From the NCBI RefSeq assembly GCF_000143415.4, contig NW_003314264.1, positions 1,683,710-1,747,709 of the forward strand: a stretch of 64,000 bases of DNA, given 5' to 3'. Below the pieces are notes generated by a model that saw only the letters and a list, made by a program, of their open reading frames with translations, searched no databases and was not told where the DNA came from. Made by a program: the position numbers and the translations under genes. Below, piece after piece: positions 48,502 through 61,237 of this stretch. Each line of letters opens with the position of its first letter. Within the stretch, counting starts at the first letter, position 1. Source of the DNA: Selaginella moellendorffii. Lineage: Eukaryota > Plantae > Lycopodiophyta.

Positions 48502-49496
48502 TGTAAGCGACTAATTTTTCCATTCTACTTTAGTCACTTAACCACACCTCTGACCACTTGGAGGAGTCTCATTCACAACCTCCATAAGTCCAATTCAGGA
48601 CTTGGGACTTGCTAGCCCCAAGAATGGCATCCATGCCACTCAACCCTTGCACCTGGTCCAAGTGCTCCACGTGTCCGATCCCATGACCGACACTCAAAGG
48701 TACCACCGACATAGCAGCCTGTTACGCTAAGGCCATGCCCAATCACCTTTGCCGCATTGGTAGTCCAATACCACTTGCAACACAGTCTTGTCTCTCCAAG
48801 ACTGGGCCAACCATCCATGAGTGGTCATCCCAGATCCACTCCTTAGCATCCTTAGAATGCCCACCGACAAGGGGAATAGCCTTCCCCAATATCCCTTTTC
48901 TAGTCCCCACCAAGTCCCTTTCTGCCCACGGCCATGTTCACCAACACTACCACTGAATCGAGGCCCACCGGCCCGACCACTAAGTCCCACGGTCCTCTGG
49001 GACTTCCTCACCACACGACTGTGTCCTTGGTCACTACCCCAGAGGGCTACTCCTCTTCCTTTCCACAGTCTGGGCCTTTGGGACAACATTTCGGAACACC
49101 GTGGCCTTACGCGAGCCACCTGGGTACTCACCCCGCCTTTCGCCTTTAGGTGCTCTAGCCATGGGCTTAGAGCGAGGTTCCGTTAAGCCACGCCTGGTAT
49201 CCAAGTAGGTAGTGCCACCCACACTTGGACTGAGAGCATCGGCTAGTCAATCTCCCGGGGGAACTAGAGCCGGCTCTTGAACACTTCACCAAGCTACCCC
49301 GCTTGTCGGTCTGTATTCACTCTAGTCTTGGACTTCCTAGTGGTCAGTTCATCACCCAACACTGGGTCTGGCCTTCCTGGGCCAAACGGCCTTTCCTGGC
49401 CAAACTAGCTCCACTGCAGTCCTCCCCCTTACTATACTTTTGGAGCTCACCAAACCCCCAGGGTTTGGGAGACGAACGCTTTGGGCTTTCACCCTC

Positions 49497-50104
49497 TCAG
49501 ACTCGAACTCAGACTCGGACTCGGACTCGGACTCGGACTCGGACTCGAACTCGGACTCGGACTCGAACTCGAACTCGGACTCGGACTCGAACTCGGACTC
49601 GGACTCGGACTCGGACTCGGACTCGGACTCGGGCTCGGGCTCGGTCTCAGCCTTGGCCTCAGTCTCGGTCTCGGTCCCGGTCTCGGTCCCGGTCTCGGTC
49701 TCGACCTCGGACTCCATCTCGGGTCCTTCTCAGACTCCATCTCGGACTCCATCTCGGGCTCCGTCTCGGTCCATCTCGGACTCCATCTCGGACTCCATCT
49801 TGGTCCATCTCGGACTCCATCTCAGGTCCATCTCGGACTCCGTCTCGGTCCACCTCAGACTCCATCTCGGACTCCATCTCGGGTCCATCTCAGACTCCAT
49901 CTCGGACTCCATCTCGGACTCCATCTCGGGTCCATCTCGGACTCCATCTCGGACTCCATCTCAGGTCCATCTCGGACTCCGTCTCGGTCCACCTCGGACT
50001 CCATATCAGACTCCATCTCAGACTCCACTTCGGACTCCATATCGGACTCCACTTCGGGTCCATCTCGGACTCCAACTAGGGTCCATCTCAGACTCCATCT
50101 CGGA
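49497..50104. repeat. LTR-internal satellite: (ACTCGG)n grading into GGACTCCATCTC/GGGTCCATCTC units
   Basis: Direct inspection of the tandem hexamer and 11-12-mer units. Confidence 0.95.
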
Positions 50105-53100
50105 CACTTCCATGTGTCATGTGTTGGTCCTTTTTGGGTCTCTTTTTGGAGCCTTGCTTATTGCTCGCTTTGTGCTTGCTTCTTGAGCACTTTGTTGGGA
50201 GTTCCACTCCCGCTCTCAACCTTCCAAGTCAGAGCTTTTAGTCCAAACGTGTTACACTCGTTTGGGCTTTCGCTTCGGCCACTACCACGTGGCACCCTTT
50301 CCGGCTCCACTTTGGGGCCTAGGGATTTTGTGTCTCACAACTTCACCACCCATAGACGAAGTTCGATGTCCTCATCGAACGGTAAACCATTTTATAAAGT
50401 AACACCCGCATGTGTTACCATTTCCATCCTTGGCACCTAGCCAATATTTGTCAATGGTTTGACGTTGAAGGCTCACCATGCCTTCTCCATATTCGTCAAT
50501 GGTTTGACACCAAAGGCTCACCATGCCTTGCCCATCCTCTAAGGAGGATAGTCTCTCCAACTTAGAGACTCACTTGACCACCTAGGGTGGGTTGCTCCTT
50601 TTTATTGGTTTAGTTCTCGCTAAATCTGTTAGAGACACCTTCTCTAACTCAATTCCACTATTCATTCTTGAGTAGTCACAGATTCCATTGATCTACCTTT
50701 GCACTTTGGAACGTTTACTTTTGACTTCTTGAAGTCAATTTCCTAGGTGTCTCCGACACCTTGCCTTGCACATTTTGTGCAACTCCACTTCCCCTCTTAG
50801 GAAGTTCTCTACTCGAGGGCACCCTCATCCTCTTTTCTATTTTTGTGCCACCATTGGCATTACGTTCCATTTATCATTATTTGTGCTAAGGCTGTCCACG
50901 GCCCTATCTTTTGGCTCCTTAGTTGCTCCCTCACTTGGAGCCTTTCCTTTGCCAAATTGGAGCACTTGGGAATCTGTCCTTGGAAGTCCACTTTTTTTTC
51001 CGCAATCCGTTAGTATCAAACACATTAGTGTTCCTTGGCTAACTTTGCCACTTCGATTCTTTCCAATGGATTCCACGGCCCTATCTTGGGCACTTGTTTT
51101 TTGCTCCTATCCTCGGATTATTGCACCAAGCAACATAGGATCATTACCTCCCTCCTGGAGGTATTCTTTTGGTTCCATAACAAAGGATCTGCTTTGCCCA
51201 GACTAGGGTGTTCACCCCTAGTAAGTCTCCCCAACTGTTCTAGGCTCTCTTCCTAGCTTAACCTTGTGACCCACCCATGGGCCTGTTTCTGGAGACTATT
51301 TTCTTGAACTCATAATACCATTGTATTGTAGTAGTTCATTTCCCTTAGGTGTCCTTCCCACTTAGTCACCTTGACCAAGCCACACCTTTATCAATAGTTC
51401 AAATCAACACTTTGAACTAGGAATCATATTCCTTAACCCAAACAAATACCTTGTCCTTGTTTAGCCATAAGATCATCTAGTGATCTCATCTTGACCCCTT
51501 AATAGGTCTACCAATAGGAATTAGGTCTTCCAGACCTTACTAAGTTGTTGACTATGACCCCGAGGGCATCCCCCACACTTGGCGGTGCTCCCAAGCTAGC
51601 CCTTTCGGCCAAGGATCCATAGCAACTGAGACTGGGTGTCCCCATCTCATTCACCACGTCCTTGGTGCCTTTTGCACCAAAGTGTTCAAGTTAGATATGC
51701 CGAGCTTTCACTCTAAACAATCTAACCGTGCATCACGACTCCGGGGCATCCCCCGCTTGGCGGTGTGCCCAAGCCAATCTCCTCATTGAGAGTCCATGAC
51801 CACCGAAACATGACTGTCCTCATATTCCAATCCATCACCACGCCCTAGCGATTTGGGACTCAAACCCAAGCACTAGAGGGTCGGGACTCGAACCCAACCT
51901 CCGTATATACATTTACGGACGGCATCACCCTAGATGCCTGGCGTGACTCCCCACCCCGGTGCACCAACTTATACTTAAAGCGCGCTATAGATCACAGCTT
52001 AGGAACCTAGTTCCTCCACACTGCCAAGTCCTCTCACTTGACAAGTCTGTGATCATGCATGGACTCTTCCATGCTTGGCCCCGTGGCCCACCCCTTTTGA
52101 AGTTATCACCTTCAACTAGGGTATTTGTTCCCCTGACTTGCCAATCTCACTTGGCAAGTCTTCCGACCACTGTAACATGGTTCCTGCACAAGCGTGAAAG
52201 CCCTTGATCATCGACTTTCGTTCAAAGCCATCCCTTTGAACACTCGGGAACTATTTCCCTAACCTTGATAGCCTTGCCTCATGGCAAGCTTCAAGACCAC
52301 GTTTCTGCTGCGCCACTCTGATTTCACGCTTTCCTTGAACCATTTACGCTTGGCCTTTCTAGGTACTAAGCTACCTAGAATCATCTTTGGGAATCTTGAA
52401 GGAACTCTGTCCCTTAGCTTGCTAAGGCTTCCCTTTTCGCAAGCTTTCTAGTTGCCATATAGTCTAATATGGACTATTCCATATTTTAGACTCTCCATGG
52501 CATCACGGTTGCTAGCAACAACACCCTCGAGCCCCCACTTGATTCTCCATTCCCAATTGGCATAACCACCCTTGGTTATGCCCTTCAATTCCTTTGGTTT
52601 GGTTCTATCCCTTTACTACTTGTTTTTGGCTTCACACCTTTCCTTCGGTCATTCTCCTCCAGACTAGGAGGATAGCTTTGCACTTTCTATCATGCCTTAG
52701 CAAGTATTCTTAGGGATGAACCTACCCAATATCTTAGGGAGTGGTTTCTCAATCCAGGTATGCTCACCTTATAATCCCCACACATCGGGATTAATGTTGT
52801 TGTTTATGGGCATTTACATGCCCATCACTAGCCTTGCCAAAATTCAATCTTTGGCTTTGTCCAATTTGGGTAGACAGTCTTCTCCCGTCTCCGCAACCTT
52901 GAACATTTGGATAGCACCTTCTATCCATCATTCGCTAAGGACTTAGTCCCTTGGGCCTTATCTATTGCCCTCACGACATCAAACACCACCTCCCGGTGTT
53001 CTAGAGTGTTTTGGTGTCCTAAATGATGGCCTATTTGACAATGAGCATTCCCTTTTATGACATTGACTTACTATATCGCAACATAAGCAATTTATCCCTC

Positions 53101-55698
53101 GTAAAGGTATATCTAACTTCTTTATGCCATTAAGAAGTCTTGGGTAGCTACCTTCTACTAGTTTGACCAATTATCTTGCACCTTTTGCTTAGTTGCCTCA
53201 TAGTTGTCAAGTCCTACAACTCATTGTTGGTGCTTCCACACCTTCATCATTGTTTTGGTCACCACACTCTACCACATACCTTCCAGCTTAGGCTATGCCA
53301 TCCCCATTTCCGTTGGGATTCCCTTTTGGCAAGGGGTTCTTATAAACCCATTAACATAACCTCAAGGTATCACACCTTGGCACATTTGGTGTCTCCACAC
53401 CATTGGCCCCACGAGCCTATCCTTATAACACTACTTATTAGTGTCTAGGTCTTTGCCAAGACCAATATAGTTGTGCCTTATGCTAACTATTCGTTAGCAC
53501 CGCACCATAATGTTTGTCCCTAACTCTGGGCCAAAGTTGCTTTCTTCTGGGAACATCTTTCCCACAACTTTAGTATGGCACATTCTGCCATCAATGAGAT
53601 ATCTTCTGTTCTCATACTTGGATCTTATGATCCTCCCCATACCTCATGGGGCAGCATACACCTTAGTCTAAATGCTTCAACCAATCCCTTAGGACCATTC
53701 CTTGACCCTACTTGAGTCATCCAGCATTTTTGGACTTCGCTAAACCAACGACCCATAAGGTCCTATTTTTGAGGTGCCAGCTCACTCGAATACAACTTCA
53801 TGTATTCATGTCCTACTCATAAGGACCATCTTGCAAGTGTTACTCCAACACTTCATTATTTCCTGTTCTCTATGGGCTGCCTTTTGCCCCTTAGGACTAT
53901 CCATCCCCATGATGAGAATGCTGTCTCATTCTTTGAGCACACCCCCAACTCCTTAGGTTCGTTCCAGCATTTATAAAAGGTAGCCCCAGCTACCATTTCG
54001 AGGGCTCGCCTTCATCCATACTTGACTTCTCATGGTCATCAATTCCGGTCTTAAATTCATGAGCACCAGCCTCAACTATGTGCGGATTATCTTGTGACTC
54101 CTTTATTATTTTGGAGTCTGCATCTTTCCTGTGATCCCAACTATAGTTGTTTACCACAACTATATCAGCCAGTTTGCTAAGTCAAACACTCATCTGGATC
54201 ACATCCTCAACTCTCTGAGGAAACCCTTATATTGTTCCCAAGATCCCAAAGTCGTTCCCTTATTGGCCCCTTTTCTATCCACCACATCACGCCCAAGTTC
54301 ACTCATGAACTTGAGTGGAGAGCCATGTCCTCTCGACATGCTACTCCTCCAGAATAGGCCCACTCCTAGGACCTTTCGATGCCAATATCAATGGTGATAT
54401 ACTTGAGCACTAATAAAAGTTGGACTAAGGAACAACTCCGATACCAAGTTGTAAGCGACTAATTTTTCCATTCTACTTTAGTCACTTAACCACACCTCCG
54501 ACCACTTGGAGGAGTCTCATTCACAACCTCCATAAGTCCAATTCAGGACTTGGGACTTGCTAGCCCTAAGAATGGCATCCATGCCACTCAACCCTTGCAC
54601 CTGGTCCAAGTGCTCCACATGTCCGATCCCATGACCGACACTCAAAGGTACCACCGACATAGTAGCCTGTTACGCTAAGGCCATGCCCAATCACCTTTGC
54701 CGCATTGGTAGTCCAATACCACTTGCAACACAGTCTTGTCTCTCCAAGACTGGGCCAACCATCCATGAGTGGTCATCCCAGATCCACTCCTTAGCATCCT
54801 TAGAATGCCCACCGACAAGGGGAATAGCCTTCCCCAATATCCCTTTTCTGGTCCCCACCAAGTCCCTTTCTGCCCACGGCCGTGTTCACCAACACTACCA
54901 CTGAATCGAGGCCCACCGGCCCGACCACTAAGTCCCATGGTCCTCTGGGACTTCCTCACCACATGACTGTGTCCTTGGTCACTACCCCAGAGGACTGCTC
55001 CTCTTCCTTTCCACAGTCTGGGCCTTTGGGACAACATTTCGGAACACCATGGCCTTACGCGAGCCACCTGGGTACTCTCCCTGCCTTTTGCCTTTAGGTG
55101 CTCTAGCCATGGGCTTAGAGCAAGGTTCTGTTGAGCCACGCCTGGTATCCAAGTAGGTAGTGCCACCCACACTTGGACTGGGAGCATCGGCCAGTCGATC
55201 TCCTGGGGGAACTAGAGCCGGCTCTTGAACACTTCACCAAGCTACCTCGTTTGTCGGTCTGTATTCACTCTAGTCTTGGACTTCCTAGTGGTCAGTTCAT
55301 TGTCAAGACCCCTGACAAGATCAAGATTGGAAAATGCAAAAAGACAAAGAGAAAAACTAGTGGAAACAAAGAAAAGGCCTTAGACTGGTGTTGATTCAGA
55401 TTGTGGAGAAATGGAACAAGGCTAACCTATATATACTATAGGTTGATGAAGCTCCACCACTCTTGGATCGAGGACGGCCTAAATATAGCTGAGGTCGAGG
55501 AGGCGCCACATCATCATCAAGAATGTGGCTCGAGGCTCAGGAATTGGGAAGTGTCTCGAGAGTCAGGAATAGGAAAGTGTCTCGAGAGTCAGGAATAGGG
55601 AAGTGTCTCGAGAGTCAGGAATGTGGTCTGCAGGTCAGGAATCCGGCGAGAGTCAGGAATGTGGCAAGAATTGGGGGATTCCTGACAGCACCCCCTCC

Positions 55699-58600
55699 TC
55701 AAGAACGAGTGGAACGAGGATGTGAATGAGAACGAAGAGGAGGATGAGATGAGCGGCGAGGGATGGGAGATGGAGAAAAAGAATGAGGACTAGGACGAGA
55801 AGGATAGCAGCGGTGGAAGTCCTGAACAAGGTCAGGAGAATGAAGCAGGTTGTCTGCAGGTTCCCAAGTGCGTTCCTCAGGTCCATAACCCTTCCAGTCC
55901 AACAGATAGTAGAGTTTAGACCGTGAAATCTTGGAATCAAGGATGTCCTGAACCTCGTACTCAGACCCATCCTCGAGCTGCACTAGTGGAGGCAGAGGAA
56001 TGACCCGATTTGGAATAGGACTGGGAATATAAAGCTCAAGGAGAGAGGAGTGAAAAACGGGGTGAATTTGATATGAGGAGGGAAGTGCAAGGCGATAAGT
56101 GACAGGATTAATGATGGCAGTGATAGGGAAAGGACCAAGGCGTTTGAAATCGAGTTTTGGACAGGGCCTGGTGGTGGAGATATTTCGCCTGAGGAGCCAG
56201 ACTTTATCCCCGATATTGTAAGGGGGACAGTCCTGACGATGGACATTGGCAAATGTTTTGTGAGATTCCTGAGCACGATGGAGGTGGAAGGAGATGGAGT
56301 TGTGGATTTCCTGGAGGTTGGAGATAAATGCCTCAGAGCGGGGATTTGAACGAGAGGATTCAGATGGAGAAGGAAGTGAGAGATTGAATCGGTGATTTCG
56401 GCCAGAGTTCGCAAAGAAGGGGGAAACTCGAAGAGAGGAGTGAACAGAGTTGTTATAGGAGAACTCAGCAAGGGGAAGGATATCGAACCAGTTATCCTGA
56501 TAATAGTTGATGAAGCACCTCAAGAATTGTTCCAACGTCTGAATTGTTCGCTCGGACTGCCCATCAGTTTGAGGATGATATGCCGAAGAGAGGTTGACCT
56601 TCACTCCAAGCAGCTGCAAAAACTGTTGCCAGAAATGAGAGATGAACTGAGGCCCCCGATCCGAAACCACATCTGTAGGAATCCCATGAAGTCGGAAAAT
56701 TTCCCTGAATACCAGTTTTGCCATGTCCTCGCCCGAAAACTCCTTGGTACATGGCAAGAAGTGCGCCATCTTTGTGAAGCGATCCACCACGACTAAAATG
56801 CTGTTGAAGCCTCCAGAACTCGGAAGATCACTCAAGAAATCCATGGAGATGGATTCCCAAGGACCTGAAGGGACCGAAAGGGAACGAAGCAAACCTGAAG
56901 GAAGGTGGCGAGGTACCTTATTCCGGGCACAAGTGTCACAGGAGGTAACAAAAGCTTTGATGTAGTCGTCCATGTGAGGCCACCAAAAGTCCTGTGCAAC
57001 TAGCTCATAGGTTTTCGCAATGCCGAAGTGACCAGCAGTCGGGCTATCGTGGCACGCCATCAGGACCAACCTTCGAGCATCACCTTCAGGAACGTAAAGC
57101 TGCTCCCCATGGTACAATAAGCCATCTAAGAACTCAAACTCGTCAAATCCCCGGCAGTCGGGAGTCACTGGGTGTCCAGCCTGAAGATGGGGGAAAATGT
57201 CGCTAGCGAGATCATCGGATTGAAGATCGTTTCTGATTGCATCCATCAAGGAGGAGTCCTGAGGGGCCAGGGAAATTGCCATAACTTGAAGCCGATCAGG
57301 ACCAAGGATAACTTGATCCTATTGATCGAAGGCAGGATTACCAGGCCTGAGACTGAGATAGGAGCGCCTTGAAAGAGCATCAGGAAGGCCTTGAAACTTT
57401 CCAGGTCTGTACTTGATAACAAAGTCAAACCAACTCAGGAATTGTGCCCACCTTGCTTGACGACGGCTTAAAACTCGGGAAGTGGCAAAGTACTCGAGAT
57501 TTTTGTGATCCGTCCAGACTGTTGTTTGATGGCTCGCCCCCTCCAAGAAACGGTGCCATTCTCCAAAGGAATCCACGATGGCAAGGAGCTCCTTGTCGTG
57601 GATTTCGTAATTGATCTCCGCAGGCTGGAATTTCCGAAAATGGAAAGCGACTGGATGAAGTTCGTGATCCGCTCCGAGTTGAGACAGCACAGCACCAATG
57701 GCAAAGTCGGAGGCGTCAGCCTCGATGAAGAAAGGTTGTGAGGAATCAGCATGGATCAAGACAGGAGCAGAACTGAAGGCCGCCTTGAGTGTGTCAAAGG
57801 CCTGCTGGGCAACAGCAGACCAAGAGAAGGGAACATCCTTGCGAGTGAGATGTGTGAGAGGAAGGACAATGTCAGAGTAGTGATCAATGAATTTGTGGTA
57901 GAAGTTGGCGAAGCCAAGGAAAACCTGAACGTCCGACATTGATTGTGGAGGCTCCCATTCGAGAATAGTCTTGACTTTGGCAGGATCCATCGTGATACCC
58001 TCAGGAGTGACAATGTACCCAAGGAACTCCATAGACTGCTGATCAAAGGAACATTTCTCAAGCTTCGCGTATAGGCCATGTTCTCGCAGCTTCGCTAGCA
58101 CCTTGCGAACATGTTCGTCATGCTCCTCCTGAGTTTTTGAGTAGATGAGGATGTCATCGAGATAGACGATCACCATCTGATCAAGAAACTCCCGAAAGAC
58201 GTCGTTCGCCATGTGTTGGAAAACTGCTGGAGCATTTGTCAAGCCAAATGGCATGACAGTGTACTCGAAGTGGCCATAGCGGGTTCGGAACGCAGTCTTC
58301 CATTCATCACCAGGCCATATCCGGATCAGGTTGTATGCTCCACGGAGGTCGATCTTGGTGAAGAAGCGGGCACCGCCGAGGCGTTCCAACAGGTCCGAGA
58401 TCAGGGGCAGCGGATAACGGTTTTGAACAGTCACCTTGTTCAAACCTCGGTAGTCGATGACTAGCCGCAAGCTCCCATCCTTCTTCTTGACAAAGAAGAC
58501 AGGCGCTCCAGCCGGGGACTGTGAATGCTGAATGTAGCCCGAGGCAAGGTTCTCATCCACGTACTCTTTGAGGGCCTTAAGCTCGGACGGGGATAACCCA

Positions 58601-59448
58601 TAGATAGGCCCCCACGGAGGTGACGCTCCTTCCTGTAAATCAATGGGACAATCATAAGGCCGATGAACAGGCAGTACACTAGCTTTTTTCTTATCAAACA
58701 CATCCCCAAAATCATGATACTTCTCAGGAAGACTGATAGGAGAAACATGCAAAGCAAAAAGAAAAAGAGGTTCTTCATTAAGGAGTTCTTTCATAGTGAT
58801 TGTGGAGATAGGAGGAGGCGTACGACTAAATGGAATGATGAGACGAGGATACGGTCTAGTGTAAGATGGAAGAGAGGAAAAAGAAGAGGGTGAAAACTTT
58901 ATAGAGTCAGGAACAAAACCCCGATTTGAGTTTAGGGAACTTTTCCTAATTCGGACTCGATGAACAGCAGGGGAAGCCGTGGGAGAGATGAGCTGTAATT
59001 CCTTCCAACAGATCTGAGGCTGATGTAGTTGGAACCAAGGAAGACCAAGCACCACAGAGGAGGACTTGCTGTTGATGATGTTGAAGGTGATATCGGTGAC
59101 GGTGGACCCGATGTGTACTCGAACGGGCAACGTTTCCCTAAGTCCAGAAGATGGAGACACAAAATGCCCGCCGATGCCTTCAACCCTCAAATCCCGTATG
59201 GTAGGAGAAAGAGGAACATGATGTCGGGCAGCAAAGTCCGTGTCCATGAAGCAGGAAGTTGCACCCGAGTCCAGTAATGCTAGAGCCTTGAGTCCTGATT
59301 GTCCGGTGAAAGAAAGGAGACATGGGACGCGGAAGTTGCGGGAATTGGTGGTGGCTTTGATGAAAGGTGGTGAGGAGCTTGATAAAGAAGAAAAGTGATT
59401 TTTATTCGGGGAGTCCAAACAGACAGCTCCTACTCTGTTTGGACAGGG
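55699..59448 (-). pseudogene. pol: Chromovirus pol polyprotein with one premature in-frame stop (TAG at 57321-57319)
   Basis: Motifs: ALLDSGATSCF (protease), YLDDILIYS (RT), DASDFAIGAVL (RNase H), HDSPTAGH...CDTC, ISMDF, SDRGPQF, QSER (integrase), EYEVQDILDSK...YLLDWKGYGPEERTWEP (chromodomain). ORFs 57319-59418 and 55699-57282 are in the same frame. Confidence 0.95.
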
Positions 59449-59457
59449 TCATTTCCC
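59373..59457 (-). promoter_or_regulatory. gag-pol -1 programmed ribosomal frameshift signal (slippery heptamer + H-type pseudoknot)
   Basis: G GGA AAT (59457-59451), 6-nt spacer, 11-bp stem GTCCAAACAGA/TCTGTTTGGAC, and loop AGGAGCT complementary to downstream AGCTCCT (59379-59373). pol lies in the -1 frame of the gag tail QSGNDPVQTE*. Confidence 0.8.
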
Positions 59458-60169
59458 GACTGCGCCTCCTCGACCTCAGCTATATTTAGGCCGTCCTCGA
59501 TCCAAGAGTTGTGGAGCTTCATCAACCTATAATATATATAGGTTAGCCTTGTTCCATTTCTCCACAATCTGAATCAACGCCAGTCTAAGGCCTTTTCTTT
59601 GTTTCCACTAGCTTTTCTCTTTGTCTTTTTGCATTTTCCAATCTTGATCTTGTCAGACTAGCTTTTCTCTTTGTCTTTTTGCATTTTCCAATCTTGATCT
59701 TGTCAGGGGTCTTGACAGTTTGATTCAGATTGTGGAGAAATGGAACAAGGCTAACCTATATATACTATAGGTTGATGAAGCTCCACCACTCTTGGATCGA
59801 GGACGGCCTAAATATAGCTGAGGTCGAGGAGGCACCACATCATCATCAGGAATGTGGCTCGAGGCTCAGGAATCGGGAAGTGCCTAGAGAGTCAGGAATA
59901 GGAAAGTGTCTCGAGAGTCAGGAATAGGGAAGTGTCTCGAGAGTCAGGAATGTGGTCTGCAGGTCAGGAATCCGGCGAGAGTCAGGAATGTGGCAAGAAT
60001 TGGGGGATTCCTGACATTCATCACCCAACACTGGGTCTGGCCTTCCTGGGCCAAACTGGCCTTTCCTGGCCAAACTGGCTCCACTGCAGTCCTCCCCCTT
60101 ACTATACTTTTGGAGCTCACCAAACCCCCCAGGGTCTGGGAGACGAACGCTTTGGGCTTTCACCCTCGT

Positions 60170-61003
60170 AGACTCGAACTCGGACTCGGACTCAGACTCG
60201 GACTCGGGCTCGGGCTCGGTCTCAGCCTTGGCCTCGGTCTCGGTCTCGGTCCCGGTCTCGGTCCCGGTCTCGGTCTCGGTCTCGGTCTCAGTCCCGGTCT
60301 CGGTCTCGACCTCGGACTCCATCTCGGGTCCTTCTCGGACTCCATCTCGGGTCCATCTCAGACTCCATCTCGGGTCCATCTCGGGCTCCATCTCGGTCCA
60401 TCTCGGACTCCATCTCGGACTCTGTCTCGGTCCATCTCGGACTCCATCTCGGGTCCATCTCGGACTCCGTCTCAATCCACCTCGGACTCCATCTCGGACT
60501 CCATCTCGGGTCCATCTCGGACTCCATCTCGGGTCCATCTCGGACTCCATCTCGGGTCCATCTCGGACTCCGTCTCGGTCCACCTCGGACTCCATCTTGG
60601 ACTCTGTCTCGGTCCATCTCGGACTCCATCTCAGGTCCATCTCGGACTCCGTCTCAGTCCACCTCGGACTCCATCTCGGACTCCATCTCGGGTCCATCTC
60701 GGACTCCATCTCGGGTCCATCTCGGACTCCATCTCGGGTCCATCTCGGACTCCATCTCGGGTCCATCTCGGACTCCGTCTCGGTCCACCTCGGACTCCAT
60801 CTCGGACTCCATCTCGGGTCCATCTCGGACTCCATCTCGGGTCCATCTCGGACTCCGTCTCGGTCCACCTCGGACTACACTTCGGGTCCATCTCGGACTC
60901 CATATCGGACTCTATCTCAGACTCCACTTCGGACTCCATATCGGACTCCACTTCGGGTCCATCTCGGACTCCAACTAGGGTCCGTCTCGGACTCCATCTC
61001 GGA
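60170..61003. repeat. LTR-internal satellite of the family A 5' LTR (longer than the copy at 49497)
   Basis: Tandem GGACTCCATCTC/GGGTCCATCTC and hexamer units. Confidence 0.95.
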
Positions 61004-61237
61004 CACTTCCAGTGTCATGTGTTGGTTCTTTTTGGGTCCCTTTTTGGAGCCTTGCTTATTGCTCGCATCGTGCTCGCTCCTTGAGCACTTTGTTAGGAGT
61101 TCCACTCCCGCTCTCGACCTTCTAAGTTAGAGCTTTTAGTCCAAACGTGTTACACTCGTTTGGGCTTTCGCTTCGGCCACTACCACGTGGCACCCTTTCC
61201 GGCTCTACTTTGGGGCCTAGGGATTTTGTGTCTCACA

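Larger units (their letters stand above)
55301..60016 (-). mobile_element. Ty3/gypsy chromovirus (Tcn1-like), gag-deleted, inserted in the family A 5' LTR
   Basis: TSD TTCAT (55296-55300, 60017-60021). 3' LTR 55301-55687 with adjacent PPT (GAGGAGGGGGTGC on minus). Rearranged 5' LTR 59462-60016. pol domain order is PR-RT-RH-INT-chromo. Confidence 0.95.
48502..61237 (-). mobile_element. Full-length family A non-autonomous LTR retrotransposon (Ty3/gypsy-derived)
   Basis: LTRs 48502-50339 and 54450-61237 (the latter interrupted by a chromovirus) are highly similar. Minus-strand PBS TGGTATCGGAG (54446-54436), PPT-like GGGTGGTGAAGT next to 50339, TSD GTGCT/GTGCC. The ~4.1-kb internal region has only eroded gag-like traces (VMWWIEK...GSWEQYKGFL). 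Confidence 0.9.

Noticed and set aside
49303-50440. Long ORFs with SDSDSD, LGLGLG and RTRTRT repeats resembling Ser-Asp repeat adhesins
   Set aside because: These are translations of a stop-free hexamer satellite inside an LTR, open in several frames on both strands. The same applies to 59906-61130.
60170-61003. Regular short repeats as a possible CRISPR array
   Set aside because: No unique spacers, units are 6-12 bp tandem, no cas genes, eukaryotic context.
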